The notes under the pieces are model-generated. The model was given only the letters and a program-made list of their open reading frames with translations. It did not search any database and was not told the DNA's origin. From an uncultured Pseudomonadota bacterium (lineage in GTDB: Bacteria; Myxococcota_A; Polyangia; Fen-1088), in the NCBI GenBank assembly GCA_963778795.1, contig CAVZVU010000006.1:201184-265183 (forward strand): a DNA stretch of 64,000 bases, read 5' to 3'. A program made the position numbers and the translations under genes. Position 1 is the stretch's first letter. Every line of letters starts with the position of its first letter. Positions 13,478 through 24,659 of this stretch are shown here, piece by piece.

Positions 13478-14545
13478 ATGTCGGCAGCCTTTGCCATCAT
13501 CCTCGCGGGCGGCGGGGGCACCCGGCTGTGGCCGGCCAGCCGCCGGCGCCATCCCAAGCAACTGCTCCGCCTCGGGGGCGACGAGTCGCTGCTGGCGGCG
13601 GCGGCGCGCCGCGCGCGGGCGTTCTGCGACCCGCACCGGATCCTGATCGTGACCGCGGCCGACCAGGAGCAGGCGGTGCGCGGCGCGGTTCCCTGGCTGC
13701 CGCCCGACAACGTGGTCGTCGAGCCGCTGCCGCGCAACACCGCGGCCGCCGTGGGGCTGGGCGCAGCGATCGCCTACCGGCGCGGGGGCGCCGCCGCGCT
13801 GCTGGCGGTGCTGCCGGCCGACCCGCACATTGCCGACGACGCCCGCTTCACGGCGACGGTCCGCGCGGCCCTCGGCCAAGCCGCCCAGACGATCACCACC
13901 ATCGGCATCAAGCCGACCCACGCCGAGACCGGGTTCGGATATATCCGGCTCGGCGCGGCGGTGCCGGGCGCTGCGGCGGTCCACGAGGTCGCCTCGTTCG
14001 TCGAGAAGCCGGACCGCGCCACCGCCGAGGGATACCTCGCCTCGGGCAACTACCTCTGGAACTCGGGGATGTTCTTTCTGACCGCCGGGCGTCTGTTGGA
14101 GGAGGCGCATCGCCACCTGCCGAAGCTGGGGCAGGCGCTGGACGCGCTGGTCGCCGCGCCCGACGTCGACCACGCCATCCGCGAACACTATCCGACGGTG
14201 CCGTCGATCTCGATCGACAACGGGATCATGGAGAAAGCGTCGGGCCTGCGGGTCATCCCCGCCGATTTCGGATGGGACGACGTCGGCAGCTGGGCCGCGC
14301 TGTCGTCGATCCGGCCCGCAGACGCCGGCGGCAACGTGGTGGTCGGCGACGCGACGCTGATCGAGGGGACCGGCAACGTGGTGGTCGCCGAGGCGGGCGC
14401 CCCGTTCGTCAGCGTCCTCGGGGTTCATGACCTGGTCGTGGTCGCGACCGCCGACGCGATCCTGGTGATCCCCAAGAACCGTGCGCAAGATGTTCGTCAG
14501 ATCGTCGAAGCCGCCCGGAAGTCCGGGCGGGAAGATCTGCTCTAA
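13478..14545 (+). CDS. manC: mannose-1-phosphate guanylyltransferase
   Basis: It starts at ATG 13478. Motifs: ILAGGGGTRLWPASR, EPLPRNTAAAV, GFGYI, VEKPD. The 355-aa frame is intact. Confidence 0.9.
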   Translation: MSAAFAIILAGGGGTRLWPASRRRHPKQLLRLGGDESLLAAAARRARAFCDPHRILIVTAADQEQAVRGAVPWLPPDNVVVEPLPRNTAAAVGLGAAIAYRRGGAAALLAVLPADPHIADDARFTATVRAALGQAAQTITTIGIKPTHAETGFGYIRLGAAVPGAAAVHEVASFVEKPDRATAEGYLASGNYLWNSGMFFLTAGRLLEEAHRHLPKLGQALDALVAAPDVDHAIREHYPTVPSISIDNGIMEKASGLRVIPADFGWDDVGSWAALSSIRPADAGGNVVVGDATLIEGTGNVVVAEAGAPFVSVLGVHDLVVVATADAILVIPKNRAQDVRQIVEAARKSGREDLL

Positions 14546-14578
14546 CCCGCCGTTCCCAGAGAGCCTCAGCGAACCATC

Positions 14579-16002
<1,424 letters not shown>

Positions 16003-16006
<4 letters not shown>

Positions 16007-16869
16007 CCGCCGAGCAGCAGACGCAGGATCGTCGCGCCGGCGAACAGGTCGACGACAGCGCCCATCGCCAGGAAGGGGCCGAAGGGCACCTCGACGCGCG
16101 CGAGCGATGGTTCGGCGGCGGGCTCTGCGCCGGGCGCGCCCGCCGGTCGCCGGCGCCGGGCCGCGATCAGCAGCGGCAGGCTGATGACCGTCCCCAGCAA
16201 CGCGCCCGCGAAGATCACGATCGGCAGCGCCTTCCAGCCGAGCACCGCGCCCACGACCGCAAGCAGCTTGCCGTCGCCCAGCCCCATCCCTTCGCGCTTG
16301 AGCACGTAGTAGTAAAAATCGGCGATCAGGCGCACGAAGAGATAGCCAGCGGCGACGCCGATCGCGCGCTCCAGCCACGGGACATCGTGCGCGCCGAAAG
16401 CCGAGAGAAAGAATATCGGGATCGCCGGCAGCGTGATCACGTCCGGCAAGAGCTTGGTGTCGAGGTCGATGAAGGCCAGCACGATCAAGCAGCCGGTGAA
16501 GGCGAAGTAGAGCGAGAAGCGCGCGAGCCGAATCGCGAGCGCGCCGTCCGGGTCGGCGGCCACGAATTTCCAGAACAGCGCCGCCGACAGCAGCCCGGTC
16601 AGAAGCTCGACCAGCGCATAGCGGATCGAGAACCGCACACCGCACGACCGGCAGCGCCCCCGCAGCAGGAAATACGAGAGGATCGGGAGGTTATCGGCCG
16701 CCCGCACCGGCGCGCCGCAGGCCATGCAGTGCGAGCCCGGGCGGACCACCGACTGCCCGAGCGGGACGCGCGCGATGCAGACGTTGAAGAAGCTGCCCCA
16801 GATCGCCCCCCACAACCCCGCCAGCGCCACCGCCAGCGGAGACGCCAGGAATGCGACGCTCTCGTCCAC
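16003..16869 (-). CDS. pilD: type IV prepilin leader peptidase / N-methyltransferase (A24 family)
   Basis: It has the Cys box CMACGAPV..CRSCGV, the aspartate motifs FIDLDTKLLPD and GMGLGDGKLL, and is multi-TM. It is intact and has a 4-nt convergent overlap with the PMM gene. Confidence 0.9.
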
Positions 16870-16943
16870 GGTCCGCCATGTTACGGGGGCGGCTGCGCGG
16901 AAGCGAATGTGTCGTCACTCTGGCCCGCCGCGGGCCCCGGTCG

Positions 16944-17867
16944 ATGCTAAGGTCGCCCTCGGTGAAACGAGACGTTCTGTCCCGCGTTTCGGCCGCGATC
17001 CCGTTCGCGCTGATGCTGGCCGCCGCGGGCTGCCACGGGCGCGATGACGCCGCGAACCGCGCCGCGGTCGCTAACCTCGACCAGGCATTGAACCCGACCT
17101 TCCTGGTCGCGGCGCTGCGTAAGCTGGGCGGTGTGCACTTCCACGGAACCACCCGGATGTCGGTGACCGCGGCCGCCACGGCCAGCAACGAGGCCGGGTG
17201 GGACACTGTCACCACGACCACCGACGTGTGGCTCGACCGTGGCGGCAACTACCGCATCGTCGAGACCAATGACCAGGACGGCGGGCGCGAGGTCGTGCTT
17301 TTCGGGCACGATCTCAACGTTGCGCTACGCTATGGGAAGATGATCCGCCGCAAGGCACAAGACCCGGAACCGGAGCGGCTGCTCGAGGAGGCGCTCGGCG
17401 GACCTTGGAGCGGCTGGGAGGTGGCGTCCCCGTTCGCGATCATCAAGCACAGCCCGGTCGACGTGGGCGGTGGGCGCAAGGGCGAGGACTATCACGTCAC
17501 CAAGTCCGAACGGCGCCATCGCAAGTCGCCGCTGACGCCGCAGGGGATCCGGCACTGGCGCAGCAACGCCTCCGTGCTGGAGCTCAACGGGCAGATGACC
17601 GTCGACAACACCAGCAGCGCGCTGCTCAAGTCGGACTTCGTCGTGGTGTTCGCGGCGCAGCGCACAGCCGAAGGGCACCTCAACGACCGCGCCAGCGCTC
17701 CCGGCGAGGCGGTGGTCGGCACGGTCGATGTTCAGACCACGATCGACCAGATCGGGACGACCGCCGCGATCCAGCAGCCGGCCGCCGAGGATCTGATGTT
17801 GCGCCAGCGCATCGTGCCCGAACAGAAAGAGCTTCTGGGCGCAAAAGAGGGGAAGCCGACGCCATGA
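16944..17867 (+). CDS. hypothetical lipoprotein
   Basis: It starts at ATG 16944 with lipobox LMLAAAGC. It has coding-type GC3 and no recognisable domain. Its stop overlaps the next start (ATGA at 17864). Confidence 0.7.
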   Translation: MLRSPSVKRDVLSRVSAAIPFALMLAAAGCHGRDDAANRAAVANLDQALNPTFLVAALRKLGGVHFHGTTRMSVTAAATASNEAGWDTVTTTTDVWLDRGGNYRIVETNDQDGGREVVLFGHDLNVALRYGKMIRRKAQDPEPERLLEEALGGPWSGWEVASPFAIIKHSPVDVGGGRKGEDYHVTKSERRHRKSPLTPQGIRHWRSNASVLELNGQMTVDNTSSALLKSDFVVVFAAQRTAEGHLNDRASAPGEAVVGTVDVQTTIDQIGTTAAIQQPAAEDLMLRQRIVPEQKELLGAKEGKPTP

Positions 17868-18766
17868 ACCGCAGCGACGGCCGCAGCACCGGCGGAGGCG
17901 ATGACGGCGGCGGCCACGGAGGCGACGACGACGGCGCCGAGCTGATCCGTTTGCCGCGCTCGAAGCTCGACGCCGACGCCGAGAACCTGGAGCACCTCGA
18001 CGGTAACCGGCGCCTCATCATTCGCCGCTCGCTGCTCGCGACCGCCGTCGCTGGGGTCATTCCGATCCCGGTGATGGACGACTACCTGGCGGGGCGCGTG
18101 CGCGCGGGGATGTTGATGAAGCTGGCCGAGCGCCGGCAGGTCGACTTGCTGCTTTCGTCGGCCGAGCTGCTGGCCGATCCGCGCGAGGCCACTGCGGTGC
18201 GCAACGCCACGATGACGGCGGCGACGCTGCTGGCGCTCAAGCTGGCCTGGCGCAAGTTCTTCGCCGTGCTGGCGGTCGGACGCCGCGCCGAGGACATGGC
18301 GACGACGTTCCAGATGGGGACGCTGTTCGACCACTTCTGCACCAAGCTGCACGTCGGCGCCGGGATCGATCGAGCGCGCGCGTTCCAGCTGCGCGGCATC
18401 ATCCACGCCTCGGTGTCCGACGCCGAAAAGAGCGCGCTCACCGCGGTGTTCCGCGAAGGCGGGCGGATCCTCGGCGGCTCGATGCTCGAGGCGCCGGCCT
18501 GGATGTCGCACCGATTCGAGCGCGCAGCCGAGCAGTGGGCACGCAACGGCGGCCACCCGCCGCCTGACGGCCACGCCGACGCCGAGACCGAGCTGCCGAC
18601 CGAAGGCGAGAACGCGCGCTGGCTCGATCGCGCCGCTGGCGCCGTCGAGTCCCGGCTGAATCAGCTGGGTACCAGCTACTTGCGGACGCTGGTCCGCAGC
18701 TTCGAGCAGCGCTGGCGCCAGGCCGAGGCGGCAGGGCCGCCGGCCGCTCCGCCCGCGAATCCATAG
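17864..18766 (+). CDS. hypothetical protein (acidic Gly/Asp N-terminus, helical body)
   Basis: It is ATGA-coupled to the upstream gene. The frame is intact at 300 aa. No family is recognised. Confidence 0.65.
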   Translation: MNRSDGRSTGGGDDGGGHGGDDDGAELIRLPRSKLDADAENLEHLDGNRRLIIRRSLLATAVAGVIPIPVMDDYLAGRVRAGMLMKLAERRQVDLLLSSAELLADPREATAVRNATMTAATLLALKLAWRKFFAVLAVGRRAEDMATTFQMGTLFDHFCTKLHVGAGIDRARAFQLRGIIHASVSDAEKSALTAVFREGGRILGGSMLEAPAWMSHRFERAAEQWARNGGHPPPDGHADAETELPTEGENARWLDRAAGAVESRLNQLGTSYLRTLVRSFEQRWRQAEAAGPPAAPPANP

Positions 18767-19092
18767 CAACCCCTCGGGCCCTTTGCTACGATTGCCCCAG
18801 GTGACTAAGACTCGGCGCTCCGGAAAATCAACCTCGTCCACGACAAAAAGGGCCTCCCCTGCCCGCCCAGACGCGCGCCAAGCACGCACGTGACGAAAGG
18901 AAGCGCAGCGGCAAGGCCGGGGGCAGCTCCGCACGCGCGCCGCGCGGCGCCAGCAAGTCGGCCGGCAAAGACGGGGTCAAGGCCAAGAGCCTGCAACCCA
19001 CGACGACCAGCCGGGCCACCCCCGCGCAGCTCGACGAGGCGCGGGAGCTGGCGCTGGGCGCGCTCGACGCGGCGCTCGACAAGAAGGCGCTG

Positions 19093-19425
19093 ATGCCGGT
19101 GCTGATCGATGTGTCATCGATGGCGAGCTACACCGACTTCATCGGCATCGTCAGCGGGCGCAGCGACCGTCAGGTCGAGGCGATCGCCGACGGCGTCAGC
19201 CAGTTCATGAAGTCGCGCGGCCGGCGCGTGATCGGTCACGAGGGGAGCGGCAACGGACGCTGGACCCTGCTCGACTACGGCGAGATCGTCATCCACGTCT
19301 TCTATCACCCGGTGCGCGAGTTCTATGATCTCGAGAGCCTCTGGATCGACGCGCCCCGCGTGAAGATCGCGATCCCGCCCGACGCGATCCTCACCCAGCC
19401 CGACGCGCTGTACGGCGCGCTCTGA
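19093..19425 (+). CDS. rsfS: ribosome silencing factor RsfS (core; true start probably upstream)
   Basis: The core reads YTDFIGIVSGRSDRQVEAIADGV..GHEGSGNGRWTLLDYGEIVIHVF..REFYDLESLW. The same frame stays open back to 18805 (..TPAQLDEARELALGALDAALDKKAL) but has no ATG/GTG/TTG there. GTG 18801 lies in another frame, which suggests one more indel in a basic N-terminal extension. Confidence 0.85.
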   Translation: MPVLIDVSSMASYTDFIGIVSGRSDRQVEAIADGVSQFMKSRGRRVIGHEGSGNGRWTLLDYGEIVIHVFYHPVREFYDLESLWIDAPRVKIAIPPDAILTQPDALYGAL

Positions 19426-19480
19426 GTCGGCGCTCCGAGGCGCATAACGTCGCGCGGCCCGACAACCGCAGGGTGGTCAC

Positions 19481-19903
19481 ATGAAGGTGTTGATCCTCGC
19501 GGTCGGCAAGATGCGCGACCGCCATCTAGCGGCGGCCTGCGACGACTACCTCGAACGTGCCCGCCGGCATTTGCCGATCGAGGTCACCGAGGTCGCCGAC
19601 GACGCCGAGCTCCTGCGCCGCATTCCGGCCGCATCGGTGGTGGTGGCGCTCGAGCCCGACGGTGAGACCTGGGATACCGCCCGCTTCACCGACTACCTCG
19701 GCAAGCAGATGCTGCACGGGACCCGGGCGTTGGCGTTTCTCATCGGCGGCGCCGACGGTTTGCCGCGCGCCGCCGTCACCCGCGCGTCGCTGCGGCTGTC
19801 GCTGTCGGCGCTGACGCTGCCCCACCGGCTGGCCCGCGTGGTGCTGTGCGAGCAGGTCTACCGGGCGCTCTCGATCCTGCGCGGGGAGCCCTACAGCCGA
19901 TGA
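19481..19903 (+). CDS. rlmH: 23S rRNA (pseudouridine1915-N3)-methyltransferase RlmH
   Basis: SPOUT fold motifs: VVALEPDGETWDT, FLIGGADGL, LSLSALTLPHRLARVVLCEQVYRA. The 140-aa frame is intact. Confidence 0.9.
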   Translation: MKVLILAVGKMRDRHLAAACDDYLERARRHLPIEVTEVADDAELLRRIPAASVVVALEPDGETWDTARFTDYLGKQMLHGTRALAFLIGGADGLPRAAVTRASLRLSLSALTLPHRLARVVLCEQVYRALSILRGEPYSR

Positions 19904-19937
19904 GCCCGCGTCTCGGTTCTCTGATAAATTGTCGTCC

Positions 19938-21539
19938 ATGACGAATTTGCCTCGGGTCGTGCTGGTCGTTCTCGACGGGTTCGGGGAGCGCCCGGAGAAG
20001 GACGGAAACGCGATCCGCCTCGCCCGGACCCCGCACCTCGCCAACCTTTATGCCGGCAATCCCTGGACCCTGATCGGCGCGTCGGGAAACGACGTCGGCT
20101 TACCCGAGGGTCAGATGGGGAACAGCGAGGTCGGCCACCTGAACCTCGGCGCCGGGCGCATCGTGTATCAGGACATCGTCCGCATCGATCGCGGCGTCAA
20201 GGACGGTACCTTCCACGCGAACCCGGTCATCGGCGAGACCATCGAGGCGGCCAAACGCTCGGGTGGCACGCTGCACCTGTTTGGCCTCACCAGCCCCGGC
20301 AACGTCCACGCATCGCTCGAGCACGCCTACGCGGTGTGCGAGGCCGCCAAGCGCCGCGGGCTCGACCGCGTCGTCTGGCACGCGTTCCTCGACGGGCGCG
20401 ACACGCCGCCCCGCTCGGCCGCCGGCTACCTGCGCGAGGTCGATGCCCAGCTAAAGAAGATCGGCGTCGGTCGGCTGGCCTCGGCGGTCGGCCGCTATTA
20501 CGCGATGGATCGCGACAAGCGCTGGGATCGTCTGGAGCTTGCCTGGAAGATGCTCATGCGCGGCGAGGGCAAGCTGGTCGACGATCTGGCGGCCGCCGTC
20601 GAGGCGAGCTACGCCGGCGACAAGCAAGCCGGCAAGGAAGACGGCAAGGAGATCACCGACGAGTTCATCAAGCCGCTGCTCGTGCGCGGCGCCGACGGAA
20701 AGCCGCTGGCGACGGTGCGCGACGGCGACGCCTGCTTTTTTTGGAACTTCCGCGCCGATCGCGCGCGCCAGCTGACGACGGCGCTGCACGCGCCGGAGTT
20801 TCCGCATTTCGATCGCACGCCGCGCCCCAAGCTGGCGGCGTTCGCGACCATGACCCAGTACGACGCCAAGCTCGACGTGCCGGCCGCCTTCCCGCCGCAG
20901 AGCCTGGACATGATCCTGGGCGAGGTGTTGTCGAAGGCGGGCGTCTCCCAGCTGCGCACCGCCGAGACCGAGAAGTACGCCCACGTGACCTACTTCTTCA
21001 ACGGTGGCACCGAGGCGCCGTTTCCCGGCGAGGAGCGCCGCCTGGTGCCGTCGAACCGTCAGGTGGCGACCTACGATCTCGCGCCCGAGATGTCGGCCGT
21101 CCCGGTCACCGACGGCGTCGTGAGCGCGCTGCAACAGAAGGTCGACGCGGGCGGCGCGCGCTTCATCCTGGTGAACTACGCCAACCCCGACATGGTCGGG
21201 CACACCGGCATGCTCAAGCCGGCGATCCAGGCCATCGAGACGATAGACGACTGTCTCGGCCGCATCGCCGACGCCGCCGAGGCGGCGGGCGCCGTGGTCT
21301 TCATCACCGCCGACCACGGCAACTGCGAGACGATGATCGATCCGGTGACCGGCCAGCCGCAGACGGCGCACACCACCAACCCCGTCCCCTTCCTGACGGT
21401 GGGGCGCGCGCTGGCAGGGCGCAAGCTGCGCAGCGGCGGCCGGTTGTGTGACGTCGCCCCGACGATCCTGGAATACCTGGGCATCGCGCAGCCACCGCAG
21501 ATGGACGCGGTCAGCCTGTTCGAGGGGCCCGCGCGGTGA
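19938..21539 (+). CDS. gpmI: 2,3-bisphosphoglycerate-independent phosphoglycerate mutase
   Basis: It starts at ATG 19938 (TTG 19929 is an alternative). Motifs: VLDGFG, NSEVGHLNLGAGR, NYANPDMVGHTG, ITADHGN. The frame is intact. Confidence 0.95.
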   Translation: MTNLPRVVLVVLDGFGERPEKDGNAIRLARTPHLANLYAGNPWTLIGASGNDVGLPEGQMGNSEVGHLNLGAGRIVYQDIVRIDRGVKDGTFHANPVIGETIEAAKRSGGTLHLFGLTSPGNVHASLEHAYAVCEAAKRRGLDRVVWHAFLDGRDTPPRSAAGYLREVDAQLKKIGVGRLASAVGRYYAMDRDKRWDRLELAWKMLMRGEGKLVDDLAAAVEASYAGDKQAGKEDGKEITDEFIKPLLVRGADGKPLATVRDGDACFFWNFRADRARQLTTALHAPEFPHFDRTPRPKLAAFATMTQYDAKLDVPAAFPPQSLDMILGEVLSKAGVSQLRTAETEKYAHVTYFFNGGTEAPFPGEERRLVPSNRQVATYDLAPEMSAVPVTDGVVSALQQKVDAGGARFILVNYANPDMVGHTGMLKPAIQAIETIDDCLGRIADAAEAAGAVVFITADHGNCETMIDPVTGQPQTAHTTNPVPFLTVGRALAGRKLRSGGRLCDVAPTILEYLGIAQPPQMDAVSLFEGPAR

Positions 21540-22024
21540 GCATCGGGCGTCGGCTCATCGACCTAGCGCGTGCCGAGCTGAATTCCCTGCTCGACCGCGC
21601 GGCCCGCGCCGAAGACGACGACGACTTTGGGTCGCCGACCGATGCTCTGAGCGACAAGGAGCTCGAAGAGGAGCTGGAGCGGCGGCGCCAGGCGCGCCAG
21701 GAGGCCGAGAGCGCCGCGCGTGGGCCGCGCGCCGCGCGCGCGAGTGATCCGTTCGGCGATCGTCCCGGTTCGGGTTCACGCCGCCGCCCCGAGTTTCGCC
21801 GCGCCGGCCCCGACGACGGCAACGCGGTTCGCCGCGCCTACGCCGCGCTCGAGGTGCCGGCGGGATCGAACTTCGAAACCGTGCGGCACGCGTACCGCAC
21901 GCTGATGCGCAAGTACCACCCCGATCTGCACACGGCGACGCCCGAAAAGCAGAAGGCAGCCAACGAGATTACGCAGAAGCTCACCGATTCCTACAAGCTG
22001 CTGGAAAAAAAGTTACGCCGCTAG
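21536..22024 (+). CDS. J-domain (DnaJ-like) protein
   Basis: GTG 21536 overlaps the gpmI stop (GTGA). The C-terminal J domain carries HPD (YRTLMRKYHPDL). The N-terminal half is acidic/Arg-rich. Confidence 0.75.
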   Translation: MSIGRRLIDLARAELNSLLDRAARAEDDDDFGSPTDALSDKELEEELERRRQARQEAESAARGPRAARASDPFGDRPGSGSRRRPEFRRAGPDDGNAVRRAYAALEVPAGSNFETVRHAYRTLMRKYHPDLHTATPEKQKAANEITQKLTDSYKLLEKKLRR

Positions 22025-22138
22025 AGGCGAGCGCGATCACGCCCCTGCGGGGCCGGCGATAGCCTCCCACCATAGCCGCTCGCGTCGTCACTCCAAAGTG
22101 ACTATGCTCCCGCTGTTTTTCATACAGAAGGAGCCCCC

Positions 22139-23107
22139 ATGCAGACCATTCGGATCGCGTTTCTCTCGCTCGCAGGAGCATTCGCGGGTGCGGCGCTGGC
22201 GCCACCCGCCTCGGCGGCAACGCCCGGGATCGAGTTCAAGGCACCGTCCGCCTATCCCGAAGGCATCGCGTTCAACCCGAAGACCAATGAGTTCTACGTC
22301 AGCTCGATGCGCCTTGGCACCGTCGGTGCGGTCAAGGCCGACGGAACCTATCGTGAGTTCGCCAAGGATCCGCTGCTGGTGTCGGCGGTCGGCATGCACG
22401 CCGATCCCGAGCGCGGCCGGCTGCTGGTCTGCGTCTCCGATCCCGGCGTCTCGCTGAAGACGTCGCCCAAGACCCAGAAGAAGATGGCGCGCCTGCTGGT
22501 GTTCGATCTCACGACCGGCAAGCGCAAGCAGGTCGTCGAGCTCGACAAGCTGGCCGACGGACAGCACTTCTGCAACGACCTGACGATCGATTCCACCGGC
22601 GACATCTTCGTCACCGACAGCTTCACGCCGGTGATCTACCGCGTCGACCCGTCGTACAAGGCCAAGGTCTTCCTGAAGAACGACGCGCTCAAGGGCGAAG
22701 GGTTCGGCCTGAACGGCATCGTCCACCACGCCGGTGATTACCTGCTGGTGGCCAAGTACAACGACGGCACGATCTGGAAGGTCGACGAGAAGGACCCGAA
22801 GAAGATGGAGCAGGTCACGATCCCCGAGAAGCTGCTGAACGCCGACGGGATGCTGCTGACCGCCGACGGCGAGCTGGTGGTGGTGCAGAACGGCGACGTC
22901 AACCGCGTGGTCCGTCTCAAGAGCACCGACGGCTTCAAGACCGCGAAGATCGACAAGATCGTTCAGACGACCAAGGACTTCCCGACCACCGTCGTCGCCG
23001 GTGTCGGCGGCAAGCTCTACGTGATGATGTCCCGCCTCGGCGAGCTGTTCGCCGATCCGTCCAAGGCGAAGTCTGAGTCGTTCACGCTGATGGAGCTGAA
23101 GTTCTAA
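22139..23107 (+). CDS. secreted six-bladed beta-propeller protein (SGL/strictosidine-synthase-like; family tentative)
   Basis: ATG 22139 lies 5 nt after GAAGGAG. The signal peptide ends ..GAALAPPASAA. Motifs: EGIAFNP, DLTIDSTGDIFVTDS, GLNGIV. GC is visibly lower (~57-62% in sampled lines) than in flanking DNA. Confidence 0.75.
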   Translation: MQTIRIAFLSLAGAFAGAALAPPASAATPGIEFKAPSAYPEGIAFNPKTNEFYVSSMRLGTVGAVKADGTYREFAKDPLLVSAVGMHADPERGRLLVCVSDPGVSLKTSPKTQKKMARLLVFDLTTGKRKQVVELDKLADGQHFCNDLTIDSTGDIFVTDSFTPVIYRVDPSYKAKVFLKNDALKGEGFGLNGIVHHAGDYLLVAKYNDGTIWKVDEKDPKKMEQVTIPEKLLNADGMLLTADGELVVVQNGDVNRVVRLKSTDGFKTAKIDKIVQTTKDFPTTVVAGVGGKLYVMMSRLGELFADPSKAKSESFTLMELKF

Positions 23108-23365
23108 GCGGCTACTCCTCCTGCTCCCCCTGACGCCGAGAGTCGCGGGGGGATTGGAACGCCGCGCGAATTCTCGGTTACGGTTATTTCCCGGTCCGGG
23201 GGCGAGCCCGGTCAAACAGGAATTGCGTAAACGCCGCGCGGCGATTGGAGAAAAAGCTCGCGTCGCCGTGGGTGCGTGTCGTATAAGTAGACCCTTTTCT
23301 GCCCCCTGAGCAGCGTGAATCAAGAGGCGGGCCTATGTCGCTCCGCCAGGAGGCTTTGTTTCTCT

Positions 23366-24454
23366 ATGAGCAACAGGTCTGTTCTAGCTTTGGTCTTCTT
23401 CGCGAGCGCGTTCTGCGGTGCGGCCTGCATTGTCGATCTCGGCCCGGCGCCCGGTGATCGCATCCCCGGCGGCGGCCCCGAAGGCGGCGAAGGTGGCCAC
23501 GCAACCGGCACTGGCGGCGCCCGGACCGGTACCGGCGGGACCAGCGGCGCGGTGGGCGGAAGCATCGGTACCGGTGGCCGCACGGGCGCCGGCGGAAACG
23601 CAGGAGCGATCGGCACGGGCGGACGCGGCGTCGGCGGCAGCGGCGTGGGCGGCATCGTCGGCACCGGCGTCGGCGGCCGCGGCGTGGGCGGCAGCGGCGC
23701 GGGCGGCACGGGCGTCGGTGGTGCCGGCGTCGGCGGCGCCGTCGCCACCAGCTGCACCGTCGGCCCGGCGGTCAATGGTTCGGGATCATTCACCGAATAC
23801 TGGTTCGGCCAGTGCAGCGGCTGTGCACAGAACCCCTATATCACCGCGTGCGGGTACCAGGGAACGGAGCCCAGCGGCATGGCCTCGGACATCATCACCA
23901 ACATCCCCACGCCGGGCTACTTCGCAGCGATCCCCGCGAACAGCTCGACGGACTTCAATACGTCGAAGTACTGCGGCGCGTGTGCGCTGGTGACCAACGG
24001 CAGCCGCTCGGTGACTGTGACGATTGTTGATCAGTGCCCGGTCGACTCGAATCCTCCGTGCAAGGCCAATCCGAACGGCCACCTCGATCTGAGCGTGGCG
24101 GCCTTCAACGCGCTGGGATTCTCGGTCGGAAATCCGACCGGCACGACCTGGCGATTCGTTCCCTGCCCGGTGGCGACGACGCCGGCGAGTCACAATGTTG
24201 TTGTTCGGGTCAAATCCGGCAATCCCAACGAGATCTTCATCGAGAATGAGATCGCCCCGATTGCGACGGTCTCTCTCAACGGAACCCAGGCGGTGCGGCA
24301 GTTCTACGGCGCGTGGCACTTTGCCAACAACATCCCCGCGGGGGCGACGCTGACGTTGACCGACAACGTCGGACGGACCATCACGGTCGTCGTCAACAGC
24401 ACCACGCAGAACCTGAACCAAGACACCGGCAAGCAGTTCCCGGCCTGCCAGTAG
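23366..24454 (+). CDS. bacterial expansin (EXLX1/YoaJ-like: DPBB domain + CBM63-like domain) with lipoprotein signal and long Gly-rich linker
   Basis: It starts at ATG 23366, with AGGAGG 12 nt upstream. The signal is VLALVFFASAFCGAAC, followed by a ~100-aa Gly-rich linker. Domain 1 reads GSGSFTEYW, ACGY, KYCGACALVTNGSRSVTVTIVDQCP, GHLDLSVAAFNALG. Domain 2 reads WRFVPCP, VRVKSGNPNEIFIEN, YGAWHF. Confidence 0.85.
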   Translation: MSNRSVLALVFFASAFCGAACIVDLGPAPGDRIPGGGPEGGEGGHATGTGGARTGTGGTSGAVGGSIGTGGRTGAGGNAGAIGTGGRGVGGSGVGGIVGTGVGGRGVGGSGAGGTGVGGAGVGGAVATSCTVGPAVNGSGSFTEYWFGQCSGCAQNPYITACGYQGTEPSGMASDIITNIPTPGYFAAIPANSSTDFNTSKYCGACALVTNGSRSVTVTIVDQCPVDSNPPCKANPNGHLDLSVAAFNALGFSVGNPTGTTWRFVPCPVATTPASHNVVVRVKSGNPNEIFIENEIAPIATVSLNGTQAVRQFYGAWHFANNIPAGATLTLTDNVGRTITVVVNSTTQNLNQDTGKQFPACQ

Positions 24455-24485
24455 GTAGCGCCGGCGCGGGGCGGTGGCGGCGGTG

Positions 24486-24650
24486 CTAGTGCACCGCTCT
24501 CGACATAGCGTCAACGATTCGCCGACAAGCCCGTGGCCCGGCGAGGCGCGACGACGACGAATAGCTGAAGGTATTCCGAGGAGGAGCAACGAAGCCGGGC
24601 CGCGGGATCGTCGGCGCAGCGTTGATGATATTTCGAGAGCGGTGCACTAG
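24486..24650. repeat. 165-nt imperfect palindrome (61-nt arms, 18 terminal bp perfect); MITE-like or large stem-loop
   Basis: CTAGTGCACCGCTCTCGA (24486-24503) is the exact reverse complement of 24633-24650. The arms extend inward to 24546/24590 with 32/43 further matches, and the loop is 43 nt. It is intergenic between the expansin and DUF1348 genes. Confidence 0.8.
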
Positions 24651-24659
24651 TCTTCGACC

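Noticed and set aside
18890-19093. A 67-aa ORF (MTKGSAAARPGAAP..) upstream of rsfS.
   Set aside because: It is an Arg/Pro/Ala-rich alternative frame of what is more likely the basic N-terminal extension of RsfS.
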